The position numbers and the translations under genes are program-made. From Candidatus Hadarchaeota archaeon (lineage in GTDB: Archaea; Hadarchaeota; Hadarchaeia; Hadarchaeales; JAGGTB01), in NCBI GenBank assembly GCA_964384105.1, contig CAYLJV010000001.1, forward strand, positions 160,001 through 224,000: a stretch of 64,000 nt of DNA, written 5' to 3'. Positions within the stretch are counted from its first letter, which is position 1; each line of letters opens with the position of its first letter. Shown piece by piece: positions 48,868 to 60,111 of this stretch. The notes beneath the pieces were generated by a model. The model was not told where the DNA came from. It worked only from the letters and a program-made list of their open reading frames with translations, and searched no databases.

Positions 48868-49983
48868 TTATCTTTCATCAATGGGAATATATTCTCTGTT
48901 CTTTTTGCCCACGTACTTCTGCAGAGGCCTTATTAGCGTGTTTTCGTCGTACTGGTCCATCATATGGGTAGTCCATCCTGCGATTCTACTCATTGCGAAT
49001 ATCGGTATAAAGAAGTCGTCAGGTATCTCCAGATTTGCGTAGACTGAAGCTGCATAGAAATCTACATTCGGATAAATATCTTTTTTATCCATAACCGTTT
49101 CTGCTAATCGTTCTGAGAGGGAGCACCAATTATTTCCTTTCAATTCATCCAGCTTTGTGGCAACTTTTTTCAGTTCTTTTGCTCTTGGATCCATAGTTTT
49201 GTATACGCGATGGCCGAAACCAGGTATTTTTTCGCCCACTCGTAGCTTGTTTTCTACCCACTGCTCGGGAGTCGATTTCGTGCTCTTTACTTCTCTGAGC
49301 ATTTCCATAACTGCTTGACTCGCCCCTCCATGGATAGGCCCCATGAGTGTTCCAGTTGCTCCAACAACTCCAGCGTACATATCAGAGAGGGTCGATGCCG
49401 CAATCCTGGAGGAATAGGTTGAAGCATTCAATGTGTGTTCAGCGTGAAGTATGAAATCTATGTCCAGCGCTTTGCTTTCTATCGGATCTGGTTCCTCTCC
49501 CTTGAACATCCATAGGAAATTAGCTGCGTGGCTTAGGTCCGTTCGTGGCTGGACTAAGGGTTCACCTTCCCTGATTCTGTGACAATAGGAAATTATTGTA
49601 GGAATCATCGCAAGAAAATCTTTGCTTTTTTTGAGATTTTCTTCCGAGTTTATGACATGTAGGTTTTCGTCTAGAGAACCTCGGTAAGAGATAGCAGTTC
49701 TTAAGCTGACCATTGGGTGGGTAACTTTTGGAAGTGTAGTCAAAATTCCGATTATTTCTGGTGGTATTCTTCTTCTATCATCTAGATCTCCGGAAAACTC
49801 TTCCAACTCTTCTCTTTTTGGAAGACGTCCGTACCACAGCAGAAAGACTACTTCTTCATAGGATGAATTCTCGGCGAGGTCGTGGATTGAATAACCTCTA
49901 TATTCTAGTTTTCCATTTTCCCCATTTATCCTTGATATTTCCGATTCTTGGGCTACAACATCTCTCATTCCTTTTTTTACCAT
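48868..49983 (-). CDS. Citrate (or 2-methylcitrate) synthase
   Basis: LEYRGY, HAEHTLNAST, GPIHGGA, GFGHRVY, PNVDFY. Confidence 0.95.
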   Translation of the reverse strand: MVKKGMRDVVAQESEISRINGENGKLEYRGYSIHDLAENSSYEEVVFLLWYGRLPKREELEEFSGDLDDRRRIPPEIIGILTTLPKVTHPMVSLRTAISYRGSLDENLHVINSEENLKKSKDFLAMIPTIISYCHRIREGEPLVQPRTDLSHAANFLWMFKGEEPDPIESKALDIDFILHAEHTLNASTYSSRIAASTLSDMYAGVVGATGTLMGPIHGGASQAVMEMLREVKSTKSTPEQWVENKLRVGEKIPGFGHRVYKTMDPRAKELKKVATKLDELKGNNWCSLSERLAETVMDKKDIYPNVDFYAASVYANLEIPDDFFIPIFAMSRIAGWTTHMMDQYDENTLIRPLQKYVGKKNREYIPIDER

Positions 49984-50115
49984 AAGCTACACACAATACT
50001 AATTATTCATTTTACTCTTTTCAATCCTGCGTTGTTTTCTTCTTATTCGAAGAGAGCTAGCCTTTTCAAGTAAATGTCAAAAGGGGCCCCAATGTGGCCA
50101 TCCTTTTCGGCCGTT

Positions 50116-50430
50116 TTAGGTATGACTTCCATATTTCTTCTTGAGCCCGCCGAGATCTCGCTCTTTTTCTTCTCTTTGAACTTCTTTAACATGCTCGTCC
50201 ATTTTATCGTCAGCTTCTTCTAAAACTTTCCTTACCTTTTCCACAAGGTTACTAGCTCTTTGAAAGGGTATATTGACACCCTTTTTAGTCGGTCCTTGGT
50301 AACTCCCTTTGTCTTTCCATTCTCTTATATCAAAGTAGTAAGAACCTTTGAATTCCTTCACTTGTATTTTTATAACTGATTGGTCGTCCTTTCTAATTTC
50401 TTCTGATGCTAGAACATCTTCATCTGCCAT
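50116..50430 (-). CDS. PC4/YdbC family ssDNA-binding protein
   Basis: EFKG..YFDIREW...PTKKGV. Confidence 0.85.
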   Translation of the reverse strand: MADEDVLASEEIRKDDQSVIKIQVKEFKGSYYFDIREWKDKGSYQGPTKKGVNIPFQRASNLVEKVRKVLEEADDKMDEHVKEVQREEKERDLGGLKKKYGSHT

Positions 50431-50488
50431 TCTTTATCTCCTCCGCTTAGTGTTTTGATCTAATAGTGAAAAATCTATCCTCAGTATA

Positions 50489-51799
50489 TTATTCCATTGA
50501 TATGAGAATTCCATCTTCTAGGTGATCCAATATCAGAATATAACTATTAAGGGCGTGGCAGATAGAATCTGTCCTCACGTACCAATTTCCTACATTCCAA
50601 TAAACTCCCCCGATGGCTCTGTCTGGTATTTTCAGGATTTTTTGATGTTCTTCCGAGTACGTGTTTTGAATTATCCATCTTATTCCTCGGACAACTGCTT
50701 CTTTGTACTTTTCACAGTTGTTTATCCCCTGGTCTCTACAGAATAGGTAAGTTTCGGCCATGACTTCGGATATCCACCCGTTTCCGCTTGTTGAATAAGC
50801 ACCTCGCCACCTGCCGTGATTGCGAATAAAATCTTTGTCTGTTATCTGTTCTTTTAGGATAAGGTCGCTTAGTTCTAAAACTACATCTTTATATTTTTCT
50901 TCTCGACTGGCTTTGTAAAAATCTAGTAAGGACATTACTACCCAAGAGTTAGAAATCGGATTTTTGTCTCTATATTCTCCTTCAACGTAACCTTGCTCAT
51001 TTTTGTATTTTTCAACGTACCTATCAGCGATTTTTTTAGCTGTTTCATAATACTTTTGATCTTCAGTTACTCTGTAAAGTCTTGATAGAGAAGATAGGAC
51101 CTGTCCTTGATAAAGGAGAGATTCTTTGTTTCCTTCCCACCAAGCTCCAGTTGGCCCTCTTTCGAGATAGGGATTTATTGTTCCGTCTAGATTTTGCATT
51201 GTGGTAAGCCAATTTCCAGCTAGCTTTGCAGATTCTAGATATCTGTTTTCTTCGGTAAGATCGTATAATTCGATTAGAGTAAATATATTGAGTGCGCTTG
51301 TACCTACGACGAATCTATTTTCCTTTGTTCCTGTTTCTAATTGGTATGAGTAGTGAAACGCTCCGTAAGTTCTTTCACTTTTGTCTTTGTTTTGCATAGA
51401 GAGAAGAAAATCCCCAAATTTGGAGAGATGTTTTAAAATTCTGTTGTCGGTTTCTAGTTCATTAGCATATAGTAGGGTGTATACTATTGAGGCCGAGTAG
51501 ACAGAAACCAGTTGGTCGTCGAAGCTATCTTTGAAGGTATGATAGTATTTATGAAATCCATATTTGTTTTCATCCATTGCTTTGAAAAGAAAGTCTGTTC
51601 CCTGATCGATTTTTTGACGAATCAGCTTCTTGTCAAGATTAACTACGAAAACTGAGTTATCTAAGATTTTTAGTTTCTCATCAGATTCATCGGTTCTGGT
51701 TATTACTTCGCCTGTTAAAAATAGGAAGCTCAAGATCCCTGCAGTGATTATAATGATTATTGTCACTATTGCGACCGGAGTTCTAAAGTTGCTTTTCAT
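50489..51799 (-). CDS. Membrane-anchored (alpha/alpha)-barrel protein (glycoside hydrolase/terpene cyclase-like fold)
   Basis: N-terminal TM; repeated LYxxTxxxxYLxxA, QxxDG and FLxxxQ motifs; VRTDSICH. Confidence 0.6.
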   Translation of the reverse strand: MKSNFRTPVAIVTIIIIITAGILSFLFLTGEVITRTDESDEKLKILDNSVFVVNLDKKLIRQKIDQGTDFLFKAMDENKYGFHKYYHTFKDSFDDQLVSVYSASIVYTLLYANELETDNRILKHLSKFGDFLLSMQNKDKSERTYGAFHYSYQLETGTKENRFVVGTSALNIFTLIELYDLTEENRYLESAKLAGNWLTTMQNLDGTINPYLERGPTGAWWEGNKESLLYQGQVLSSLSRLYRVTEDQKYYETAKKIADRYVEKYKNEQGYVEGEYRDKNPISNSWVVMSLLDFYKASREEKYKDVVLELSDLILKEQITDKDFIRNHGRWRGAYSTSGNGWISEVMAETYLFCRDQGINNCEKYKEAVVRGIRWIIQNTYSEEHQKILKIPDRAIGGVYWNVGNWYVRTDSICHALNSYILILDHLEDGILISME

Positions 51800-52188
51800 A
51801 AGTGATTCTTCCGTTATTTGGAGTAAATCTAGTTTTAAACTTAATTAATATTTGATTAAGAACTACCGGAGTATTTTTATAGAATTTACTCCTTGTAAAC
51901 TGCCTCCAAATGCTTATTTTTCAGATTTTAAAAATTAGTTAACTTTTTTCCAAGATTTATCCCTTATTTTAGGGAAAATTCAAATCCATGGGTTCTATTT
52001 TTTGATTTAGTTTATTTACAGTAGTTAATATTTTTAAATTAAAGAGATAAAATAAGATTGCTAATAGAGATATGGTGTGTTCAATACTTTCGGAGGATAA
52101 TTTTATTTATAGGACAATAAATATGGCAAGGTAAACTATTTTATAGGGAAGCAAATTTTAATGAAGAGAGAGGTAGAGGTCTAGTTCA

Positions 52189-53448
52189 ATGTTAGATAAT
52201 GCGGTTTTGGCGATTATAGGAGATTTTACTCCAGAAAATTTCATAATCTGGTTAGTTCTATTTGGTGGAATCTCTATACTTTATATGATATTTATGCCCC
52301 AAATGATGGGACTACAGGCTACTTTTGCCATAAGAGGAGCCAAAAAATCTTTGAATAAGTTAAAAAATTGGTCTGATGATTCCAGGAGAATAGCCCTCAA
52401 GGAATTATCCAAACATGGTAGATCTACTTCAGAAATTAAGTCTGAATTTGAAGACATTTTAGAATTTTTCACGATTAGTCCTGTTTCCGAGGATCCTAGT
52501 GGAGTTTTAAAAAGACTTGAGCATCTTTTAGATGTTAGAAAAAGTAGATTTGAAGAGAATGTTAGGCGAATGGCTCCCGAGGCTGACGGTGAGGCGGCCG
52601 CAAATCTCGAAATGACTATAGAGGGGGCCCTGGCGAATTACACTCTTTACAAGGTTGTCAGGCACTTCATCTCCGTAGCGGAGAAAACCAATAGTATGCA
52701 ATTGGCTACAATGCTTCAGATGATGTTACCAATGCTCGAAAAGATGGCGGAAGCCTATCACGTAGCTACGGAAGCGTTTGTTGAAGGTAAGATCATTGGA
52801 GATGGTATTGGTCCGATGATTGCTACCAACTTCATAGGGGAAGAACCTACTACTGAGGAGATAAAGGATACAGTTTATGCTAAGACAGAAATCGAAGGCA
52901 GAACTGCTTATATAGTCAAAGCAAAGGGTCCAGGTGGAAGAGTAGGAAAACCTGGTGAGTTGATTAGAAGCCTTTCCAGGAATAAGAAGCTTGATAGAAT
53001 AATCATGGTAGATGCTGGTTTGAAACTCGAAGGCGAAGAGAGTGGAAAGATTGTAGAAGGTGTTGGAGCTGCGATTGGTGGACCCCCAGTTGAGAAACAC
53101 AAGATAGAAGAGCTTGCAACTAAAAGAGAGATACCTGTTGATGCTATAGTCATCAAACAGAGCTTGAAGGAAGCCATCACTCCCATGACTGAGACTTTGT
53201 CAAAGTCAATCGATGGAGTAGTAGAAAAGATTAAAAAAGCCGTCCAAGAGAGGACCGATGAAGGCGACGTCGTTATAGTTGCCGGTATTGGAAATACAAT
53301 TGGAGTGGGACAGAGCTTCAGGGATTTGCCCAAGGAGTTCCCGAAGGAGAAGAAGGAGAAAGGTGAACTTGAATCTTTCATGCCTTTACCTGGTATGGGC
53401 GGAGCCTCTAAGTTTAAAGAACACTTCGGTCTATCCGAAAAGCATTAA
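52189..53448 (+). CDS. DUF1512 family protein
   Basis: PVSEDPSG, IGDGIGP, KAKGPGG.VG.PG, VDAGLKLEGE.SG, GIGNTIGVGQ. Confidence 0.88.
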   Translation: MLDNAVLAIIGDFTPENFIIWLVLFGGISILYMIFMPQMMGLQATFAIRGAKKSLNKLKNWSDDSRRIALKELSKHGRSTSEIKSEFEDILEFFTISPVSEDPSGVLKRLEHLLDVRKSRFEENVRRMAPEADGEAAANLEMTIEGALANYTLYKVVRHFISVAEKTNSMQLATMLQMMLPMLEKMAEAYHVATEAFVEGKIIGDGIGPMIATNFIGEEPTTEEIKDTVYAKTEIEGRTAYIVKAKGPGGRVGKPGELIRSLSRNKKLDRIIMVDAGLKLEGEESGKIVEGVGAAIGGPPVEKHKIEELATKREIPVDAIVIKQSLKEAITPMTETLSKSIDGVVEKIKKAVQERTDEGDVVIVAGIGNTIGVGQSFRDLPKEFPKEKKEKGELESFMPLPGMGGASKFKEHFGLSEKH

Positions 53449-53474
53449 AGCAGTGAATGTTGGAAGGGTAAAAG

Positions 53475-55661
53475 ATGAGAAGATATAAACATTTGTCCGA
53501 GATCCAGAAGCTGATGTGGGATCATGAACATATCCGGGATATAGGGATAATCGCTCATATCGACCACGGCAAGACCACTTTGACTGATTCATTAGTAGCC
53601 GACTCAGGAATTATCTCAGAAAAGCACGCAGGTGAACAACTTTTCACTGATTTTATGGAGGAGGAACAGGAAAGGGGAATAACAATTCAGACTGCAGCTG
53701 TAAGTTTGGCCCACAATTATGAAGGCGACCACTACATGATCAACTTACTTGATACTCCCGGTCACGTTGACTTCAGTGGGGATGTTACTAGAGCTCTTAG
53801 AGCGATTGATGGAGCAGTTGTGGTAGTAGATGCGGTCGAGGGTGTCATGGTTCAAACAGAAACCGTTCTGAGGCAAGCCATCCGAGAACACGTTCAACCT
53901 GTTCTGTTCATAAACAAGGTTGATCGTCTAATAAGCGAATTGAAGCTAACTCCCCAAGCTATGCAGGAACGGTTTATCAAAATCATTACCAAGTATAACA
54001 AGCTCTTGAAAAAATATGCGCCGGATGATCTTGCTAAAGAGTGGAAGGTTAGTGTAGAGGATGGTTCTGTCGCATTTGGTTCAGCCGTTGATAAATGGGC
54101 TTTGTCTTCAACTCAGATGGAAAAGAAGAAGATCAAGTTCGGAGACATTATCGAGGCTTACAAGAATAATAAAATCGAAGAGCTCACTGAGAAGAGTCCT
54201 CTCGATGAAGTTATTCTAGATATGGTGGTTCACCATCTTCCGAATCCGGATAAGGCTCAGGCCGAGCGTATTCCGGTCATCTGGAGAGGAGACCCGGAAA
54301 GTGAGCTAGGTAAGAGTATGATCAGATCGGATCCGGAAGGTCCTCTGTGTATGATCGTTACAGATGTTCAGGTCGATGAACAAGCCGGTGTTGTTTCCAC
54401 TGGTAGAATATTTTCTGGAACCTTAGAGGTTGGCAAGGAAGTACACCTAGTTAATGCGAAAAAAGACGCTAGAATACAACAGGTGGGTATCTACATGGGT
54501 CCGGATAGGGTGACGGTGGAAAAGGCCCCAGCCGGTAATATTGCTGCGGTTATAGGTATGGAGGATGCTATTGTTGGAGAGACTATTGTTGACAGGGGAG
54601 TTGAGAGTCAGGGATTCGAAGACCTACAGTATGTAAGTGAGCCTGTTGTTACCGTTGCCGTAGAGCCTAAAAATTACAAAGACCTTCCTGAATTAATAAA
54701 AGAGATGAAGAGGATTTCTAGGGAAGATCCAAATGTCGTTGTTAGTATAGACGAGGAGACTGGTGAATATCTCATTTCAGGTATGGGGGAACTACATCTT
54801 CAGATAGTTGAACATGCATTAGAGGATGCGGGTCTTGAGATAGAGACCTCCGAGCCATTAGTCGTTTATAGGGAGGCAGTTAAAGGAAGGAGTGATTCTA
54901 TTGAGGGAATTTCTCCGAATCGACATAATCGATTGAAGTTTTCTGTGGAGCCGCTGGACTCTGAGGTCGTTGAAGCGTTGGATAATGGTGAGATTTTCGA
55001 TAAACAGGATCAGAAAGAAAGAGCCCAGAAGCTTAGGGATTTAGGTTGGGAAACAAAGCCAGCAAAGAACGTGATGGCGGTAGAGGATCAGACTATTCTT
55101 GTTGATACTACTAAAGGTATTCAGTATTTGAGGGAGATAGAGGATTATATCGCTGATTCTTTCAGGGAAGCTGTGAATGAGGGTCCCTTGATGGGAGAGC
55201 CTGTTAGAGGAGTTCGAGTGAATCTAGTCGATGCTAAGCTTCATGAGGACAATATTCATAGAGGTCCTGCTCAGATAATGCCTGCGACTCGAAAAGCTAT
55301 CCATGCTGCGGTTCTTGTGGCAAATCCCACGATCTTGGAACCGTTTTTGAAGGTGGAGGTTAGAACACCACAGGAGTTCTTAGGCAATGTGACCCAAGTT
55401 ATCCAAAGTCGTAGAGGTCAAGTTAATTCTATAGACTCGGAGGAGGGGTTGGCTATAGTTACCTCGCATATACCAGTTGCAGAATCTTTCGGATTATCTG
55501 CAGATATGCGTTCTTCGACTGAGGGACGTGCCCTTTGGGGATCGGAGTTCTCCGAATTCGATGAGGTACCTCAAAGCTTGCAAGGGGAAGCTATCAAAAC
55601 TACTAGAGAGAGAAAAGGAATGAAACCGAAACCGCCGAGACCGGAAGACCTTGTCGAGTAG
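53475..55661 (+). CDS. fusA: Elongation factor EF-2
   Basis: AHIDHGKTT, RGITI, DTPGHVDF, NKVD, diphthamide loop HEDNIHRGPAQ. Confidence 0.99.
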   Translation: MRRYKHLSEIQKLMWDHEHIRDIGIIAHIDHGKTTLTDSLVADSGIISEKHAGEQLFTDFMEEEQERGITIQTAAVSLAHNYEGDHYMINLLDTPGHVDFSGDVTRALRAIDGAVVVVDAVEGVMVQTETVLRQAIREHVQPVLFINKVDRLISELKLTPQAMQERFIKIITKYNKLLKKYAPDDLAKEWKVSVEDGSVAFGSAVDKWALSSTQMEKKKIKFGDIIEAYKNNKIEELTEKSPLDEVILDMVVHHLPNPDKAQAERIPVIWRGDPESELGKSMIRSDPEGPLCMIVTDVQVDEQAGVVSTGRIFSGTLEVGKEVHLVNAKKDARIQQVGIYMGPDRVTVEKAPAGNIAAVIGMEDAIVGETIVDRGVESQGFEDLQYVSEPVVTVAVEPKNYKDLPELIKEMKRISREDPNVVVSIDEETGEYLISGMGELHLQIVEHALEDAGLEIETSEPLVVYREAVKGRSDSIEGISPNRHNRLKFSVEPLDSEVVEALDNGEIFDKQDQKERAQKLRDLGWETKPAKNVMAVEDQTILVDTTKGIQYLREIEDYIADSFREAVNEGPLMGEPVRGVRVNLVDAKLHEDNIHRGPAQIMPATRKAIHAAVLVANPTILEPFLKVEVRTPQEFLGNVTQVIQSRRGQVNSIDSEEGLAIVTSHIPVAESFGLSADMRSSTEGRALWGSEFSEFDEVPQSLQGEAIKTTRERKGMKPKPPRPEDLVE

Positions 55662-55664
55662 GCT

Positions 55665-56528
55665 TTAGATTTTTCTTTTTGGTAGTTCTGCAGAGATTTC
55701 CTCGAGAGAATTCGAAATTTTTCCAAAATCCTTTGGTTTTATCTGACCCGGCCGAAGGTTTTTGATTTCTTCTGGTAGAGCCTTATCTATTATTTCCCTT
55801 TTTTCTTCCTTGGAGAAATTTGAGTTGGGGAATATTCTTTCGAAAGAATTGCGTAGACTGTTTCTAATTTTTTTTCTGCGATGTTGGAAAGCAGATTTTA
55901 CCACTTTATAGAATCTGTTTTTGTTTAAAACTTCAAAGGGTGGTTCTCTTGGTGTTACCTTCACTATCGCCGACCAAACTTCAGGTTGGGGCATGAAGGC
56001 GTTGGGTGGAACCTCTTCTAATATTTCGGCCTCTGCTTGAAATAGTAAATTTACTGTCAGACTATTGTAGTTCCTCGATCCGGGTTCGGCAACCATTCTT
56101 TCAGCGAATTCTTTTTGATACATCAGAATTCCGAAATCAAATTTTTGTTTTAATATTTTGGAAGTGACGGGTGACGATATAGAATATGGAAGATTTGCGA
56201 TCACTTTGTGAAAATTTGGGAGTTCAATTTCTAGAATATCTCCTTGGACAAGATTGAGATTGGAATTTTCTTTAAACCTTTCATTTAAAATTGGAATCAG
56301 TCTTTTGTCTTTTTCAACGGCTATTACTTCTTCTGCTTTTTCTAGTAGTAGTTCAGTGAGATTTCCTATACCCGGGCCGATCTCTAAAATTTTCTCGGCA
56401 GAAGAAATTTCACCGTAATCTACTATCCTTCTGAGGACTTCTTCGTTTACTAGATGGGATTGTCCATGTTTTTTGCTAAGCCTTATATCATATCTGCTTA
56501 GAATCTCTTTTGTCTTTTTTCTAATCAT
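55665..56528 (-). CDS. rsmA: 16S rRNA adenine dimethyltransferase KsgA
   Basis: GQSHL, EIGPGIG.LT, ANLPY.ISSP, QKEFAER, FQHRRK. Confidence 0.96.
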   Translation of the reverse strand: MIRKKTKEILSRYDIRLSKKHGQSHLVNEEVLRRIVDYGEISSAEKILEIGPGIGNLTELLLEKAEEVIAVEKDKRLIPILNERFKENSNLNLVQGDILEIELPNFHKVIANLPYSISSPVTSKILKQKFDFGILMYQKEFAERMVAEPGSRNYNSLTVNLLFQAEAEILEEVPPNAFMPQPEVWSAIVKVTPREPPFEVLNKNRFYKVVKSAFQHRRKKIRNSLRNSFERIFPNSNFSKEEKREIIDKALPEEIKNLRPGQIKPKDFGKISNSLEEISAELPKRKI

Positions 56529-56588
56529 TATTTCCCCAATTAACTATTACCTAATAACAAATAGAGGATTGGTTAAGGTGAGTAATCT

Positions 56589-56915
56589 TTGGTTGAAAAT
56601 TTTGAGAAAAAGAAGAAGGAGCTCTTTCAGAAGATATGTTCTGCGGATGAATTGAATAGAGATTTAGAGCGTAAAATTGTAGATCTGTATGGTCCTAGAG
56701 GAAAGCGGGCCATAAATGTAGTTAAAGAGGGAGGAGTGAGGAGAGAGGGAAAGAGATGGTTCGTTCGGGGAAGAGAGGAAGAATACGAGGTTGTGAAATC
56801 TCATTGCTCTTGTTTTGATTATGTCCTGAATATTACAACCGGTAAGACAGAGGTGGATATGTGCTACCATGCTCTTGCTAAGAATATCAAGGAGCTTTTG
56901 GAGCGAGAGTTTTGA
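56589..56915 (+). CDS. SWIM-type zinc finger protein
   Basis: FVRG.EEEY.V...CSCFDY...CYH. Confidence 0.8.
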   Translation: MVENFEKKKKELFQKICSADELNRDLERKIVDLYGPRGKRAINVVKEGGVRREGKRWFVRGREEEYEVVKSHCSCFDYVLNITTGKTEVDMCYHALAKNIKELLEREF

Positions 56916-56983
56916 GAGGAGGCCTCTTTCGTTTTTAGTTATTTTTAAACCTATCCGTTTCCTATAGAGCTACAGGCGTCATT

Positions 56984-57364
56984 TTGGAGTTGTTGTATCT
57001 CATATTATTAGTCGGTTCGCCTGCTCTTGGTTTGGAGGTCTTATTGATGGGGCAAGGTGAGACTCTACATTCTTTGTATGCAAAGAAAAAATTTACTACT
57101 GTCCTGGTTATTTCCTTGATAGGTTTTAGTATCACAGGTACTTCTATAGTTATAGATAACTATCTGTCCTTGAACGCTCTCTATTTAGGTGGTTTGATTT
57201 TTCTCGGAACTTATATGGTGGGCAAGATCTTGCAGCTATCTAGCTCTAATAGTTTTGAAATGGATGATGTTGATGTTGAGGATGAGATCACGGATAAAGA
57301 AATTAGATTGTTACTCAAAAAGAGGGGCTTGAAAGATCTGGTGAAGGATAATAATGAGGAGTAA
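56984..57364 (+). CDS. Hypothetical membrane protein
   Basis: Three hydrophobic segments plus a charged tail. Confidence 0.55.
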   Translation: MELLYLILLVGSPALGLEVLLMGQGETLHSLYAKKKFTTVLVISLIGFSITGTSIVIDNYLSLNALYLGGLIFLGTYMVGKILQLSSSNSFEMDDVDVEDEITDKEIRLLLKKRGLKDLVKDNNEE

Positions 57365-57439
57365 ATCGGTAAGTCATCCCAAAACTTATAAGCTACTTTG
57401 CTAAATCAATGTTCGGAAAAAATTTAGAGGTGGAATATT

Positions 57440-59467
57440 ATGTCTGAGAATGTTGGTGGAAATTTGAAAGATTCTGGAAAAAATTGGGTTAAGGAAGACC
57501 CCGAAAAAGAAAAGGTCTATTGGCCAAGTGATGAGTTGAAAGAAAAGGCTTGGTTGAACGATCCTAAAGTTTACGAAGAGGCTAGAAAAGATCCAAAAGC
57601 ATTCTGGGCTAAGAAAGCGAAGGAAGCGTTGGATTGGTTCGAAGAATGGGACGAAATTCAAGAATGGAATCCACCTTACTTTAACTGGTTCTTAGGTAGT
57701 GAAACTAATTTAGCTTACAATTGTTTGGATAGAAACTTGGATGAAAGAAGAGATCAGGCTGCGATAATTTGGGAGCCTGAGCCGGAAGATGAGCATCCAA
57801 GAATATTCACTTATCAAGATCTTTATAGGGAAGTGAACAAGTTCGCAAATGCCCTGAAGAGTCTGGGGGTCAAGAAAGGTGATCCAGTTACTTTCTGGAT
57901 GCCAATGATTCCCGAGACTGCGATAGCAGCATTGGCTTGTCAGAGAATTGGTGCATGGCACTCTATTGTTTACACTGCGTTCAGTCCGAATGCGGTGAAG
58001 GACCGGATGGAAGATGCTGGTTCTAAAACACTCATAACTGCTGATGCTCTTTTCAGAGGCGGCAAACCTGTTACTCTAAAGGAAAAGGTTGACAAGGTCC
58101 TAGAAGAAGTAGGTGCAGAAAACTGTATAGTTGTCAACAGGGCGAAGACTGATCCACCAATGAAGGAGGGGAGAGATCACTTCTTCGGTGATATAGTAAA
58201 AGATCAATCGAACTATTGTGAACCCGAAAGCATAGGTGCGGAGGATACAGGATTCCTTCTTTACACCTCAGGTACCACAGGTAAGCCAAAAGGTATTAAA
58301 CATTCTTGTGGGGCATATGCTGCACAAGCCGCCCTAACGACTAAGTGGGTTTTCGATCTCAAACCCGATGATGTGTTTTTCTCTACGGCCGATATAGGCT
58401 GGATTACTGGTCATAGTTACACTTTGTATGGTCCGCTTCTTAATGGATCTACTACACTCTGGTACGAGGGTTCTCCATATTACCCCGAACCGGATCGATG
58501 GTGGAGAATCATTGAGAAGTATGGTGTCACTATATTTTACACAGCACCAACTGCTATCCGAGCCCTTAGACAAAAGGGTGACAAGTGGATTAAGAAGCAT
58601 GACTTGAGTACCCTAAGGTTGATGGGTTCTGTAGGTGAACCAATAGATCCTGATACTTGGGAATGGTTCTTTGAAGAAATTGGTGGCGGAAGATGTCCCA
58701 TTGTGGACACTTACTGGCAAACCGAAACTGGAGGGATACTACTTTCGTCCTTGCCCGGAATCGGTCCATTCGTACCAGGAGTTGCGGGTCCACCACTACC
58801 CGGAATAGAATACGAGGTAGTTGATGTTACAGGACAACCTTTAGGTGTAAACGATAGCGGCAAAGTTGTAATGAAACCTCCTTTCGGAATAGGTATGCTG
58901 AGAGGGGTTTACAAGAGACCCGACAAGTACAAGGAAGAATACTGGAGTGAATACGGAGACGAGCTCTACTTCTCTGGAGACGGAGGTAGGAAGACGGACC
59001 TTGAGATTGGTGGACAACCACTGATCCAAATCACAGGTAGAATTGATGATGTGTTAGAAGTTGCTGGACACAGACTGGGAACGGCAGAAATTGAAGACGC
59101 CATAAGCGAATTGGATGAAGTAGTTGAGGTAGCAGTTGTTGGAGAACCTCACGATGTTAAAGGAGAAGTTCCAGCAGTGTTTGTAATCACAAAGGAAGGA
59201 GTAGATCCGGAAGCTCAAAGAGAAGAACTCGAAAAGAAGATCGTTGATATCGTGAGAGATAAAGTTGGTCCAGTTGCAACGCCTGGCGTAGCTTACTTCG
59301 TCTCGGATGTGCCACGAACAGAAAGTGGTAAGGTTATAAGAAGATTCCTTAAAGCGCTGGTTAGAGATGAGGAACTAGGTGACATGACCACTGCGAGTAA
59401 CCCACAGTGTCTAAAGGAACTTGCTGAGAAGACAAACTATAAAGGACCACAAAAAATCGATTTCTAA
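57440..59467 (+). CDS. acs: Acetate-CoA ligase (AMP-forming)
   Basis: YTSGTTGKPKG, ADIGWITGHSY, SVGEPI, DTYWQTETG, GRIDDV, SGKVIRR. Confidence 0.96.
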   Translation: MSENVGGNLKDSGKNWVKEDPEKEKVYWPSDELKEKAWLNDPKVYEEARKDPKAFWAKKAKEALDWFEEWDEIQEWNPPYFNWFLGSETNLAYNCLDRNLDERRDQAAIIWEPEPEDEHPRIFTYQDLYREVNKFANALKSLGVKKGDPVTFWMPMIPETAIAALACQRIGAWHSIVYTAFSPNAVKDRMEDAGSKTLITADALFRGGKPVTLKEKVDKVLEEVGAENCIVVNRAKTDPPMKEGRDHFFGDIVKDQSNYCEPESIGAEDTGFLLYTSGTTGKPKGIKHSCGAYAAQAALTTKWVFDLKPDDVFFSTADIGWITGHSYTLYGPLLNGSTTLWYEGSPYYPEPDRWWRIIEKYGVTIFYTAPTAIRALRQKGDKWIKKHDLSTLRLMGSVGEPIDPDTWEWFFEEIGGGRCPIVDTYWQTETGGILLSSLPGIGPFVPGVAGPPLPGIEYEVVDVTGQPLGVNDSGKVVMKPPFGIGMLRGVYKRPDKYKEEYWSEYGDELYFSGDGGRKTDLEIGGQPLIQITGRIDDVLEVAGHRLGTAEIEDAISELDEVVEVAVVGEPHDVKGEVPAVFVITKEGVDPEAQREELEKKIVDIVRDKVGPVATPGVAYFVSDVPRTESGKVIRRFLKALVRDEELGDMTTASNPQCLKELAEKTNYKGPQKIDF

Positions 59468-59498
59468 TCACGATTGAAATGACGAGTTGGAATTAACG

Positions 59499-60077
59499 AT
59501 GGCTGCCGAAAAATTCGCGAATCCAGCTCCATTGGGACTAGCAGGATTCGGATTCACCACAGTTTTACTTAATTTAGTTAACGCAGGCATAGTTGGTAGT
59601 GGATTAGAGACAAGTTTTGTTTTGACTATGGGGCTTTTCTTCGGTGGACTATGTCAGCTTATCGCTGGTCATTGGGCCTTTAAGTTGGGTGAAGTATTCC
59701 CTGCTACTGCTTTTACATCGTACGGTGCGTTTTGGGAAACTTTCGCTTTTTACCTTCTTCTGAGTCAAGTCGGATTAGTTGGTGTTCCTACTGGTGGTGG
59801 CATCGCTGCTTATATGATACTATGGGGAATATTCACTTTCTACATGTGGATTAATAGTTTCTACCACAATTGGAATCTTGTGGGTGTATTTCTCACATTA
59901 TGGATTTTATTCTTCCTTTTAGGAGCTCACTTTGCCTTGGATAGCACCTTGCTATTGAGAATAGCCGGAATTGAAGGTATTATCTGCGGTTTCTGGGCAG
60001 TTTGGACAAGTTTCTGTTTTGTCTTCCTTGACCACACTGGGGTTAAACTGCCAGGCATGGGTAATCCCCTAGAATAG
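59499..60077 (+). CDS. Acetate uptake transporter (SatP/GPR1/FUN34/YaaH)
   Basis: ANPAPLGL, GGLCQ, TAFTSYGAFW; directly after acs. Confidence 0.93.
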   Translation: MAAEKFANPAPLGLAGFGFTTVLLNLVNAGIVGSGLETSFVLTMGLFFGGLCQLIAGHWAFKLGEVFPATAFTSYGAFWETFAFYLLLSQVGLVGVPTGGGIAAYMILWGIFTFYMWINSFYHNWNLVGVFLTLWILFFLLGAHFALDSTLLLRIAGIEGIICGFWAVWTSFCFVFLDHTGVKLPGMGNPLE

Positions 60078-60111
60078 GGATTAATGGAAAAAATAGTAGT
60101 TTTAACTAATT